DNA from: Amoebidium appalachense
Taxonomy: Eukaryota; Protista; Ichthyosporea
DNA: 64,000 bases
Direction: 5' to 3'
Assembly: GCA_963693365.1 (NCBI GenBank)
Contig: CAVNZM010000009.1
Location: 4,413,146 to 4,477,145, forward strand
Below are positions 11,206-29,250 of this stretch, in pieces. Each line of letters opens with the position of its first letter. Position 1 is the stretch's first letter. The notes below the pieces were generated by a model. It was not told the DNA's origin. It did not search any database and saw only the letters and a program-made list of their open reading frames with translations. The translations under genes and the position numbers were made by a program.

Positions 11206-12603
11206 ATGGAGCCTGAACCCCCCTTTTCGCCGGTCGCCGGGCTGAGTGCAACCTTCGCCCAGGCTCTTGTTTTTGGCCCCCTCGGCAAGCTCAAGGATGC
11301 CACCGTCAGCAAGTTCACCCAGTGGCGCGGCCAAGTTATGGATCCGCAGGATGAGATAGACCCAGAGTTTCTCGACGCTCTGCCCCCCTGTGTGATGGAG
11401 TGGCAAGACCCTATTGTGATGGATGAAGTGTTCTACGACGCTCCTGCGGCCAGGGCTTCTCAGGTTCCTGAAGTGTGTGCTGCTGCTGCAGCTATGATGG
11501 AGAAGCTCAAGCTTCCTCAACTCTCCAAGGCTGATAACGTGTTTGAATGGTACCGTCTCATCGATCGCATCGCCAAGCTGTCCCCCGACACTTCCCTGGC
11601 CCAGTGGCAAGTCATGATTCTGCAGAGTGTGAACCGGGCAAGTGGTGATCCTCGTGTGTTGGAGATGGCTACCCTCCTTGACGACTACATGGACCCTGAC
11701 AACGACAAGAAGACGGTGCCGGTTCGTGCCCTCAGCATTGACGGAGAGGAGCGTTCGGAGGCCTCTCTCTTTCACCTGGCTTCTCGGACACCACTGAAGA
11801 CGACTCGCCCTATGCACAAGGGCAAGGGTGAGATTCTGCAGGTCGAAGTCGAACTGACGGCGTCTGAGTGGCTGCTGCGTTTCATCGAGAACTACTGGCT
11901 GACCAACATTCGGCGTGAATCATATGAGACACAGATCCGGGCCCTCCGTTTCACTCCCACGTCGGATGCCACGGCTGCCAGTATTGGTGGCCAAGTGACG
12001 GCACATACCAACACGTTTCGCCGTCTGCTGGAGTTAGCTGGTTTGAACACCGACGTCAGCGGTCAAATGCAACGTAGTTTATACAGGAATACGTTTGAGG
12101 CAGATGCGCAGTTGTGGGAAATAGCTCAGGCAAATAGCAGGCTCGATGAGGCTCAGTCAAAAATTATTAACAAGCTCGAGGGTCGTTTCGCTAGTCGGCA
12201 GGCGGCCAAGAAAGCGCAGGTCAATAGTGTTTCCACCCCAGGTAACAACGGTAGTGGTATTGGTGCTCCGGAGATTGCTGCCCTGCAGGCTCAGATAGCT
12301 AGCTTATCGGCTCAGGTGGCTGCCTTCCAGGCTGCCGGTGGTAAGGCCAAAAATGACCGTCAACCCCGTCGCCCGGCTCCCTATCAGAAAAACGGCAAGC
12401 ACGGTAGCCAACAGGGTAGTGAGAGACCAGTAGTGCCTATTTCAGATCGAGTTTGTTTTCATTGTACGGGGATAGGGCATCAGAAACGGGACTGTCCCAA
12501 CCGAAAATTGCCTAAGACTTTTCCCTCAGCCCCCGAAGGTATTAGGTGGAAAGACCATGCTCAGCAGGCGTCGGCTAAAATTTTGGCCGAGCGTCGGCGT
12601 TGA
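11206..12603 (+). CDS. gag: Ty3/Gypsy Gag polyprotein
   Basis: Long ORF (first ATG 11206) with a CX2CX4HX4C zinc knuckle CFHCTGIGHQKRDC near the C-terminus, upstream of protease/RT. Confidence 0.88.
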   Translation: MEPEPPFSPVAGLSATFAQALVFGPLGKLKDATVSKFTQWRGQVMDPQDEIDPEFLDALPPCVMEWQDPIVMDEVFYDAPAARASQVPEVCAAAAAMMEKLKLPQLSKADNVFEWYRLIDRIAKLSPDTSLAQWQVMILQSVNRASGDPRVLEMATLLDDYMDPDNDKKTVPVRALSIDGEERSEASLFHLASRTPLKTTRPMHKGKGEILQVEVELTASEWLLRFIENYWLTNIRRESYETQIRALRFTPTSDATAASIGGQVTAHTNTFRRLLELAGLNTDVSGQMQRSLYRNTFEADAQLWEIAQANSRLDEAQSKIINKLEGRFASRQAAKKAQVNSVSTPGNNGSGIGAPEIAALQAQIASLSAQVAAFQAAGGKAKNDRQPRRPAPYQKNGKHGSQQGSERPVVPISDRVCFHCTGIGHQKRDCPNRKLPKTFPSAPEGIRWKDHAQQASAKILAERRR

Positions 12604-12944
12604 CGGGGCACTGAGAGTGGGGTAGAGTATATTGCAGTTGAGGCTATGTGCAGTGATAGTGAAATGTCTAAAATCAACGTGTCTTGTTATACAGATACTG
12701 TTGAAGTAAATAAGACAATAAATCACTCACGGCCTGGTGCCGTAAATCAGTCAGTTAAAACTGCTGTGGTGCAATTTACCCCCTCTCTCGTTGAGAATCA
12801 GCATGAAGCTAAGTCTTTCCCCCGTTCCCCCCTTTCCCCCCTTTCCCCACACCCCCCACCCCCCCTTCCTCCCGTCCCCCCCCTTTTCCCCTTCCCCCAC
12901 CCCCTCCCACCCCCCCACCCCCCTCCCCCCCTTCCAATATTTCT

Positions 12945-15312
12945 GTGTCGGTGATAGAGACTAGTGTGGAAAGTAGTGAAGTGGAAATTTCTGTGTTACA
13001 GGAAGTGTTTGCATCTTTAATTCAGCCAGAAGCACGGTTATATGTTCCTGTGGTATTGGGTGATGTTCAAATTCATGATGCTCTTTTAGATGGTGGTGCA
13101 AACATTAATTGTGTGCATGAAAAAGTTATTTGTAATTTAATGAAGATGGGCGCACGTGTTACAATGTTTTCAAATAACTTAGTGAGTGGTGTGAAGACTG
13201 CCAATCCTGATGCATCGTTGAATGTGGTGGGCCGGGTCACTCTCCCATGTACCATTGGTTCCCACACATTATTTGTCACGTTTGCTGTTTGTGCAAACAT
13301 GGGTCAGAGTATGATTTTAGGCCGTCCATTTTCAAAGGCACATGTTAAATTGTTAGATGAAGAATCTAATAAGTTGCATTTGAAGAAGGGTGGTAGTGTA
13401 CGTTTGCACACGGGTACGGAGGGGTATCAAAGTACTGCACACACTGTCAGCGAAATTTGTGTACCTCCCCACAGTCGTGCATTCGTCCGGGTGAACTTAG
13501 ACAAATTTGCTGTCGTGGCAGATATAGGTGTCTTTGTTCCGGCAGCTAGGTTACTTCCATTTGTGAGTCCTTCATATAGTAAAGTGGCGGCTGATAAAAC
13601 AATCATGATCGAAGTAGAAAATCGAAATTTTGATTCAGAATTAGTAATACCTGCTGGCACGCGATTGGGATATATCGAAGGGCAGCTGCCTTTCGATACA
13701 GTTGTTGCAGAAATAGTTATCCCCACCCCCGAGCTACCTTCAGATAAACTTAGTAATCCGGAAGCATGTGGCCAGCCCGAGACATCAACACCAACAGGAA
13801 GTCGCTCGCCTACGGTTGATGGTGTTTCAGTGTCTGCGGTTACCACGGTGTCTGGTCATCAGTCCGATGCAGTAGGTGTCAATCCCTCATCCACAGAAAA
13901 GGGCCCTTCTAGTGATGATATTGGTAAAGCAGACGGAGTGTGTGCAGGTGAAGGTGCAAGTAGTAACTGTAACAAGGAGGGTGATTCCGGTGAAGTGAGT
14001 CTCCCCTGGGGTATGGTAGATCCAGGTTGGACGGATCAGCAACGTGCCTTAATTCTTCCCATGTTAAATCGAGTCAAAAATGTATTTCTTAGGCATCCAA
14101 AAGATCACGGTTTTGTGAAGGGATATACAGTGGCAATTGATACAGGTGATGCCAGTCCTGTGGTGATGCCTCAGTATCGAATGGAGCAATCGAAATTAGA
14201 GTCAGGTAGGCAAATGATTAGTGAATTTCGAGAAATGCAGATTTTAGAGCCTAGTAAAAGTCAGTGGCGGTCACCGGTACTTTTAATTAAAAAACCAGAC
14301 GGGTCCTACAGGATGTGCACAGACCTACGCGGCCTTAACTCTGTCACTAAAAAGGATCTCTTTCCCCTTCCCCGTATTGATGAATTACTTGATAGTTTTC
14401 ATGGCTATAAGTGGTTCTGTGTCCTCGATTTGAAAAATGCATTTTTTCAGTGTCGGCTTAGGGAAGAGGATAAGGAGAAGACTGCTTTTGCATTCGATGG
14501 TGAGTTGTGGCAGTTTACTGTGATGCCCCAAGGTCTTGTGCATGCACCTGCAAATTTGTGTCGTATTATGCGCGATATCTTGCTGTTATGTGGCTCACCG
14601 ATCTGGTTTTTGATTGGTGAGGCTGGATGGCATTCCTGTCCCACAATCACGGCTACGAAATTGCTTTGGTATAAAAGCAATTCGGTAGGTCAGTTCATCT
14701 GGGGAATGATTGCCGGTAATGGTGATCTGGCACAATAAATGGTTGCGCCTTTCAATGACGTACACCAGCCCGCCACATAGTAACAGTAAGCCAAGCTCCC
14801 AAAAGAGCGACCGCGAGCCGGACACGACAAGCTACACCCCCTCTGGGTCTTTCGTGCCCATGGAGTCGAGTCAGGAGACTCTAGCTTGTCCTTTGCGGGA
14901 GGGGATTGTTATGTGGCTCACCGATCTGGTTTTTGATTGGTGAGGCTGGATGGCATTCCTGTCCCACAATCACGGCTACGAAATTGCTTTGGTATAAAAG
15001 CAATTCGGTAGGTCAGTTCATCTGGGGAATGATTGCCGGTAATGGTGATCTGGCACAATAAATGGTTGCGCCTTTCAATGACGTACACCAGCCCGCCACA
15101 TAGTAACAGTAAGCCAAGCTCCCAAAAGAGCGACCGCGAGCCGGACACGACACTTGCGTCCGTGTTTATCGTATACGGCGTGTTATATGGATGACGCATG
15201 TGTCAAAGGGAGAACGTTTGAAGAATTAGTTTCTAATTGTGAAAAAGTGTTCTCTGTGTTGGAAGCTGCTGGTATGAAAGTGAGTGGTAAAAAGACCATA
15301 GTGGGGGTGTAG
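12945..15312 (+). pseudogene. pol: Ty3/Gypsy pol (protease, dUTPase-like spacer, RT), interrupted by a TRIM and 3'-truncated
   Basis: Protease LLDGGANINCV...MILGRPF; RT SQWRSPVLLIKKPDGSYRMCTDLRGLN, PLPRIDELL, DLKNAFFQ, MPQGL. Removing the TRIM plus one TSD copy rejoins the frame: RDILRPCLSYTACYMDDACV...GMKVSGKKTIVGV, then stop at the PPT. Confidence 0.93.
14584..15152 (-). mobile_element. Complete TRIM (terminal-repeat retrotransposon in miniature), 569 bp
   Basis: LTR 14584-14829 + 77-bp non-coding internal region 14830-14906 + LTR 14907-15152 in reverse orientation; 5-bp TSD CTTGC at 14579-14583 and 15153-15157. Confidence 0.95.
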
Positions 15313-15314
15313 CT

Positions 15315-15560
15315 TGTCGTGTCCGGCTCGCGGTCGCTCTTTTGGGAGCTTGGCTTACTGTTACTATGTGGCGGGCTGGTGTACGTCATTGAAAGGCGCA
15401 ACCATTTATTGTGCCAGATCACCATTACCGGCAATCATTCCCCAGATGAACTGACCTACCGAATTGCTTTTATACCAAAGCAATTTCGTAGCCGTGATTG
15501 TGGGACAGGAATGCCGTCCAGCCTCACCAATCAAAAACCAGATCGGTGAGCCACATAACA
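15315..15560 (+). repeat. 3' LTR (246 bp)
   Basis: Same sequence as 10718-10963, followed by TSD GTGGG. Confidence 0.95.
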
Positions 15561-16784
15561 GTGGGTGTGTAGAATAGCCAAACTTTTCCTGCGAAAGTGA
15601 TGGCGCGTTGCTGTGAGGTTAGATCCAAATTTACGGTAAGCTCTGCAACAGTTTTGGGCGACCCATGTGTGTGGTTGGCATTGCCAGAAATGGGTTTTCC
15701 AGCCCACCTTCTTGTGGTTCACCTCGGCGGATATGGTGCACCATGACCTACGCAGGTCATGAGTGTGCAAGAAACCGTTGGCAGGTCACCCAACCTCTAC
15801 TGAGAGAACAGTGCTTCAAGTGCAGTGTGATTTGGAGGTGTGCGATTGTGGGACTAAAAACCCCGGGGCCTCTGCCAGGCTTCCATGATGCCGGGACATC
15901 AATATCTCAGCACATAATCTTTCTGCAAAGTGTTCAATTATCATGCATATAATGCTCCGTGCTTCTAACCTCAATGATCAAAAATGCCCAGTGGCACGGT
16001 GACACGAGCGACGGTCAATGCCATTGCCTGTTCTATCTGCTTTTCGCGTCATACGTGAAGGCTTTATGTCTACATACAGATGCCCTCCGGCAAAATGAAT
16101 TCGAATCCCCCTCGGAGTCCCAAGATGTGTACTGACATGCTCTATTTGTTGCCGTTGCAGGGGGGCGGGGTGGGGGAAGGGGCAGGGGGATGGGGGAGGG
16201 GGAGGGGGAGGGGGGGGAGGGGGGGGGATGGAGAAGATCCAGAAGGGGGGGTGGAAACGGGGGACATTTGTGCACGCAGATAATTCCGGGGGTGGGGTGG
16301 GGGGGAGGGGGTGGGGGGGGGGAGAGGGAGAGGGGGAGGGAGGAGGGGGGGGGGGGGGGGGGAGGGGGGGAGGCGGGGGGACGGGGCGAGGGGGAGGAGG
16401 GGAGTCTCTCTCTCCCTGTATGTGCCCCCCGGTGCACTCATGCGCACGTGGGAGAGGATCTGCAATTGTGCCTAATAGTATAGTATGAAGGGGGTGACTG
16501 TGGGGTGGGGTTGAAATTCCGGGGGGGGGGGGGAGGGGGGGGGGGGGGGGGGGGGTTGTGGTCTGTAACATGAGATACAAGTTCTATAGCTAATTGTTCA
16601 TAATCATTAATAACGTAATCATTGTGTATGTATGTACTGTGTCAATGATTCTATCACTCAGAAATATGACGGGGAAAAACTTTCATGTGTGTGTGTGTTT
16701 GTGTCACAGTGTGTGTGTGTGTGTGTGTGGCCAGGGTGTGTGTGTGTGTGTGTGTGTGTACGGTGTGTATGTGTGCGTGCGTGT

Positions 16785-16924
<140 letters not shown>

Positions 16925-17553
16925 TTTGCTGCAGCAGTAAGATGGGGACAACCTCTTTTGTTGTGTGGACAAACGGTCTGCCCCCACATGCATTGAAGGG
17001 ATTGCTGCGGACTGTGCATCATTGCACCACATGGCCGCAGCCATATGTGTGCAACAAGCCATCAGAGGTTGCCCAAACCTTGCTGCAGCTGACCAGTCAT
17101 GATGTCAAGTGTGCCTTGATTTAGTGACGTGTGATTGTGGGAGAGAATAACTTAGGCGGTCCTACATATTAGCTTCGTTTGGACTTTCTGCTTTATGACC
17201 ATGTGGATCAAATTGAATATCCGTGTGTCTGGCTTCTAAAACAAATGATAAAGCCATCTGGTCACCGTCGCATAACTAATGGCCAACACAACAAGTACTG
17301 TATGTGCACTAAACAAAATGACTGATTGTACTCAAGGAATCTCAAAATCAGGTAGATACGACGGCGTTTTAAACTACACACTTTGTGTAAGCATGTGCGA
17401 TTATGATATTCAGCATTCTAAGGGTCGATGCCACGTGCACGTGGGTGGTTGGGTGGGTGGGGGGGTTGGGGGGGGGGGGGGGGAGAAGGGGGGGGGGGGG
17501 GGGGGGGAGTAAGTCGGAGAGGGCCGGGAAAGGGGGGAGGGAGTGAGGGAGGG

Positions 17554-17930
17554 CCCAACCATATCGGCAGAGTCACTGGCCATGGCAGCTTGCTCTAAGT
17601 ATAATTAATCTGTAAAAGCAGAATTATTCTGCTCTGCTATGAGCAGAACCTTTCTGCTTTAAGCAGAATATTTGTTCTGCAAAAAGTAGATTTATTCTGC
17701 CCACAGCAGCAGGATGAATTGTTCGAACTTCTGAGAACATATCTGCTTTGCTTTTTGCCGAATAATTATTATTATAATTCTGCCCTTATTCTGCCCTAAG
17801 ACAGCAGAATAACTCTGCTTTTGTTGAATAATTCTCCTTCTAGCAGAATAATTCTGCTTTTAGCAGAGTAGTTGTGCCTTTAGCAGAATAATCCTGATCG
17901 GGGCAAGTTGACTCTGCCGATGTGGTTGGG
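17554..17930. mobile_element. Putative MITE with 22-bp TIRs and internal GCAGAATNATTCTGC-type sub-repeats
   Basis: CCCAACCATATCGGCAGAGTCA (17554-17575) versus TGACTCTGCCGATGTGGTTGGG (17909-17930), 1 mismatch; no clear TSD. Confidence 0.6.
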
Positions 17931-18135
17931 GCGTGCCAGTGGAGATGACAATACAATGCACAGGGTGTGTGTACAGGAAATTTTAAGGGGGACGGAGGTC
18001 AAGACAGGCTGGCGACATGGCAGGCAGCAAGCATGCAGAGGGGGGTGGACATCACACACGCACACACACACGGACGCACGCACACACGGACGCACGCAGA
18101 GCCACACACGCGCACGCACCTGACACATACACACA

Positions 18136-18185
<50 letters not shown>

Positions 18186-18344
18186 CACACACACACACGT
18201 TGAATACTGAGTACTGTAGTTTAACGGCATTTTATATTGCACACTTCTATTAGCACTAGCAGGTGCACTTGTGGTTTTCGCATTGAGTCTTGGGTGGGTG
18301 GTGTTACAGGGGTTTTTCTTTTGTTGGGCCGGGCCTCCGGGGGG

Positions 18345-18385
<41 letters not shown>

Positions 18386-19008
18386 CATTGTACTGTTTTT
18401 CTAAAGGCAAAGGTTGTCTCTAGATCTCTCGACTGCAAGTCGGCTTTGAGTATGTGAGAGCAAACACGTATGCACCAAATTCGTGCCGATGCATGAATGG
18501 GCTTGAAAACGTGCAAAGATGCTCCAACTCGTGCGTTTTTATGAGTATGGTCATTATCATGTGTCACCCTTGGCTGGTTTTATCTTCTTGCTCTTTATTC
18601 TGGAATGTATGTTTGAAAACGAAAGCTACGGAAGAAAACCCATAAGATAGAACATCTAAAACTAAAGCAGAATTGTATAAAGATGATTTTTCTTTGTGTT
18701 AACGTGAATGTGTGGGTTGAAAATGCGACAAGTTTCAGATGTCTGCCTTCAGATTATATGACACTTTACACACCTACACCACCTTCAAGAGGATGAACCC
18801 CAAATATGAACGTAGGCTTACAGTGAGAACTATATGCAATATTGTTGACCCGAAACACAGTAAACACCTACTCTACAGCGTACAATATGACCATATCTCA
18901 CGGTGAAAATACTACTATGCACACATGACCAACTTCAAATCCATCCTGAGTTCACGTGAAACCGAATAGATTCTAAGAGTTCGAATCACCAGTCAGGTCC
19001 ACTTCATT

Positions 19009-19044
<36 letters not shown>

Positions 19045-19267
19045 CCACCACCACCACCACGCGCATGAAACCAACAGACTCTACGAGTTCGAATCATAGC
19101 AGCCAAATCCCACTTGAATGCTCCGCCCCCCCCCCCCCCCCCCCCCCCCCCTCCCTCCCTCCCTCCCCATCCCTTCCCCTCTTCCTCCCTCCCTACCCCT
19201 TTCAAACCTTTCCCTCCCCTCCACCCTTCACCTGCCTTCTCCCCCCCTCCCCCCCCCCCCTCCCTCC

Positions 19268-25054
<5,787 letters not shown>

Positions 25055-25105
25055 GGTGGTGTGTGTCTGTGTGTGTGTGGGTGTGGGTGGGTGGGTGGGG
25101 GAAGA

Positions 25106-25146
<41 letters not shown>

Positions 25147-25475
25147 GGAGAGGGGGTGGGTGGGTGGGGCAGGGAAAGGGGGGGGGGGGTGTGTGTGTGG
25201 GGGAGGGGGGAGGGGGGGGGGGGGGGGAGAGGGGTAGGGTGTGTATGTGTGTTGGGGGGGGGGGGTGTTAGTGCATGCGACATGTGAATACACCCCCCGC
25301 CCTCTGCACACTGGAGAGTCACACTGGAGAGTAAGGGGGAGGGGGGGGAGGGGGGGGGGGGGAGGGGAGGTAATGAATGTTAAACGGTGTATTTGGTTGG
25401 GTGGGTAGGTGGTTGGGTATTTGTTTCGAGGGCGGGGGGGGGGGGGGGGGGGGGGGGGAGGGGGGGGGGGGGGGA

Positions 25476-25510
<35 letters not shown>

Positions 25511-25849
25511 TCTGGATGATGAAGAAGATAAGAAGGATGTGGGAAGGCTGCTACAGTTGTTCAGGGCTTGAAGGGCAACCGAAGACCGAGAGTGCACGTT
25601 GTGGAGGTAGGACCAGAAAAAACGCTTGGCAGGGACAAGCTCAAAAGAGATCTTGGAGAAAATCGAAAACATAAGAGCAGATCACACAGGAAGCATACAC
25701 TTGCATGAGTGTTGGGGAGAGGGCAGGAAGGAGCGAAGGTGTTGGAGGCTGCGGGGGGGGGGGGGGGGGGGGGGGGGGAGAGAGAGAGAGAGAGGGGGGG
25801 GGGGGAGGGGGGGGGGGGGGGGGGGGGGGGGGAGAGAGAGAAAGAGAGA

Positions 25850-26260
25850 TCAAACGGAGATAGAGGCAGAAATCGCCTGTAAGAGTGAAGGCAAAGAACA
25901 CACGGAAAACAATATCGAGACCATCCCATGGGTGTAGCATGCGCATATGCAACCAAAAAAGCTTTATAAGATCCACTGTTGACGATCTACTGTTGAAGCT
26001 TTCATCGAACGCAGAAGTGTAGAGGCTTTTTTTTTTTTCTTTTTTTTTTTTGGTGTGGGGGGGGGGGGGGGGGAGGGGGGGGGGGACCGCACCACATTAC
26101 AAGTTAGCAGAACGTGCACACCTAAAAAAAAAGATCCTGTGATAGTGAAAAAGCCTAAACTATTGCTGCCATTTCTTTCAAGGGAATTAAAGGCCATTTC
26201 GAGTATATGCACACAGCCGAGAATGGCAGTGATGCACACAAACAGAGGTGAAAGGGCAAG
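25850..26260 (+). pseudogene. Possible degraded integrase relic (HHCC zinc-binding region, Ginger2/GIN-like)
   Basis: Stop-interrupted translation ...HAHMQPKKLYKIHC*RSTVEAFIERRSVE...VKKPKLLLPFLSR loosely follows the H-x-G-xx-K...R-xx-VE-x-FI pattern; weak. Confidence 0.25.
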
Positions 26261-27559
26261 CAAATGCATGATGTCCAGTCTTCTAGGATGCCGGGGGGGA
26301 AACCAGCACAAACGAGGTGGAAATAAGGAAGAACCCCCAAGCATGCAGACAAGCGTGGTGACTTTTTAAAACCTCAACGACCGGAAAGCAAGCATGAGAT
26401 CCAGAGAAAGTATATAGAGACATATGCTCCTTTACCAGCTCATCACAGAAACCACAAGAAATAAGGATAGCAAGACCGCCTGCACAGCTTAAGGGATTTC
26501 AAAAGAAATTAAAACAACCGCCATAGTTTTCGCGCAAACGAAGTGAAGTTGCGAAAGGGATGTCAAAGCAAGCGTCACTTTCGCAAAGATTGTAAGCAAG
26601 CATACCGAGATCCCTAACCATACAGAAGCAGAAACCTCTTCAACATTCACAAGCCAACCACCCGTGTACAAGAAAAGAATAACAGCGATCAAACTCTCAC
26701 CTGCGAGGTCTGTTTTACAGTAGCTGAAAGATAATCAGCTTGCCAGCGGTTTCTCTTACTCCCACAGTAGATCCTTGCCTTGAGGATGTGCTCCTCGGTT
26801 CAGCCCCTCTGCTCGTCTGGTTTCCTCCTTTCGTAAACCTTGACATTCACTACCAAACACGAAGCAGTAAGTATAAACGGACACCTGCCAGCGTTGTATT
26901 GCTCAAGTTTTTTTTTTTAACTCCTAACCATGACGTTCATTAGTGATTTGGTACATCATCAGTACACAGAGCCTGAACACAGAATTTTGTAAACAAAGCA
27001 ACGTCGAACAGTTCTTGTTTCCTGTTTCTGTGCATGCCGGTGCACCGTTGCAGCAGCATTCTAACCAATTTTTGTATACTTGATAAATTGAGTTTACCAT
27101 TTTAGACTATTCCGAGTCCCCGGGAGTCACTGGCCGGAGCTCCCCATGGCCAGGCCAAAAAATTATAAAAAATTACAGAAATAGTGTGTTGGTGCTGGTA
27201 CTGATATGATATTGGATATGTATCATACAGTAAGAGAGCCACATGCACAAATTTAAAGCCCAATTCGTCATGTTTGCAAAGCTTACCTGTAGTAGGGCAT
27301 AGTTCGGTACCTCTACATATATGGCCAAGGTCAACTTGAAACTACAATTGCAACACAGAAATTATTTGCCCAATTTTGGCAAGTAGGCTGGCTGAAGTAT
27401 GTAATGGCTTCGAGTGGCTTGAGTCTCAGTTGTGGACCTTACTGGTTTATGGGATTATGTCACACGGACTGCAATATTTTCCACCCTATAACCACAACTG
27501 TTTGCCAACCAACCAGACATTTCTTTCCCTCTTCTCCCCCCCCCCCCCCCCCCCCCCCC

Positions 27560-27789
27560 CTGTGGTGCGCAATTGATTGGAGAGGTGGGCTTTTTTGGGA
27601 GGGAGGGGGGGGGGGGGGGGGGGGGGGAGGGGGGGGGATAATAAAGGACGATCTGAATAACTTCATACGGCACATGTTCTTTTGCTTTGCCAAGAGCTCT
27701 CGAGCAAGGGGTGGCGTGATTTGTGGTGGTTGAGGGGGTACTGACTTCGTAGAGTTATTTGTGTGTGTGTGTGTGTGTTTGTGTGCGTA

Positions 27790-27820
<31 letters not shown>

Positions 27821-27881
27821 TGGATGAAGCTATGTGGTGCGTAATTGCAATTGAGGGAAGAGGTGGTTTTTTTTTTTTTTT

Positions 27882-27925
<44 letters not shown>

Positions 27926-28041
27926 AATGCTTACATAAATTCGTACAGCACATAATTTTGCTTTGCCGAGAGCTCCCGAGGTGGGGATTTAAGGGTGGCG
28001 TATATTGCCATAGGTGGCTTATGTTGCCTTTTTTCTTTTTT

Positions 28042-28081
<40 letters not shown>

Positions 28082-28587
28082 GGGGGGGGGGAGGGGCAGG
28101 GGCAGGGGTATTGGTTGGTTGGTTGGGGGGGGGAGGGGGGGTTTTGGGGGGAATTCAATTTGCATGACTTCTCAATATTATGTATGCTCCATGAGTCTCG
28201 AGGCTAACCTGGAGCCGCAGTGGGAAAGAGGGGTTGGGGGTGGGGTGGGGTGGGGTGAATTGGTGGGGTGGTGGTGCCACGTGGTGTTGGACGGGTTTGT
28301 ATATCTATATAGCTAGAGGAGTGGAGGTATTTTTTCCGGGGGGGGGGGGGGGGGGGGGGGAGGGGGGTCACTGAGGGGTGCAAGGGGGGCTCTTTTTTTT
28401 CGATTGAGACTTTCTGGAGATTCGCCGACCGTTCCAGAAAGTGGTGCTTGATGTGCACGCGCTAATTAAAAGTGTGAAAAATCTAGCTCGGTGCCGGGGG
28501 ATACGATCTGTGGAGCTGATGGGGGTTGGTGGTGGTGGCGGCGGCGGTGGTGGTGGTGGTGGTGCCGGGGGGGGGGGGGGGGGGGGG

Positions 28588-28621
<34 letters not shown>

Positions 28622-28689
28622 GGGGGGGGGGGGAGGCTGGATAAAACGTTAACCACCTTCACTAGCCAACTAACCGTTGGCAACTAGAG

Positions 28690-28766
<77 letters not shown>

Positions 28767-28911
28767 TGGGCTCTCTCTCCTTTTTTGTTGGGGGGGGGGG
28801 GGGGGGGGGGGGGGGATCATTTAGTAAGCTATATGGTGCACAATTGAGGGGAGAGGTGGGTTTTCTTTCTTTTTTTTTTTTGTTTGGGGGGGGGGGGGGG
28901 GGGGGGGGGGG

Positions 28912-28956
<45 letters not shown>

Positions 28957-29217
28957 CTCAGCGCTGAAGTTTGAGGACGCTCTGAATAACTTCGTACGGC
29001 ACATGACATTGTCCTTTTGCTTTGCCGAGAGTTCTTGAGGCGGGGTGGGTGGGTGGGTGGGTTGGGGGAGGGGGGGGGAAGGGGGGGTTGGGGGGAGGGG
29101 GGAGGGGGCTCAGGGTGTTTGACTTCTCAAAGCTTATATGCTCCATGAGCTTCACCTGGAGCCTCTGACGCTGAGGGGGTTGGGGGTGGGGTAGGGTGAG
29201 GTGTTGTGTGTGTGTGT

Positions 29218-29250
<33 letters not shown>

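Larger units (their letters stand above)
10718..15560 (+). mobile_element. Composite non-autonomous LTR retrotransposon: TRIM LTRs enclosing a Ty3/Gypsy gag-pol fragment
   Basis: 246-bp TG...CA LTRs at 10718-10963 and 15315-15560, identical by eye; 5-bp TSD GTGGG at 10713-10717 and 15561-15565; purine-rich GGGGGTGTAGCT before the 3' LTR; no RNase H or integrase inside. Confidence 0.93.

Noticed and set aside
28986-29005. loxP-like ATAACTTCGTA
   Set aside because: Only 11 nt of one arm, no inverted second arm, degenerate in sibling copies.
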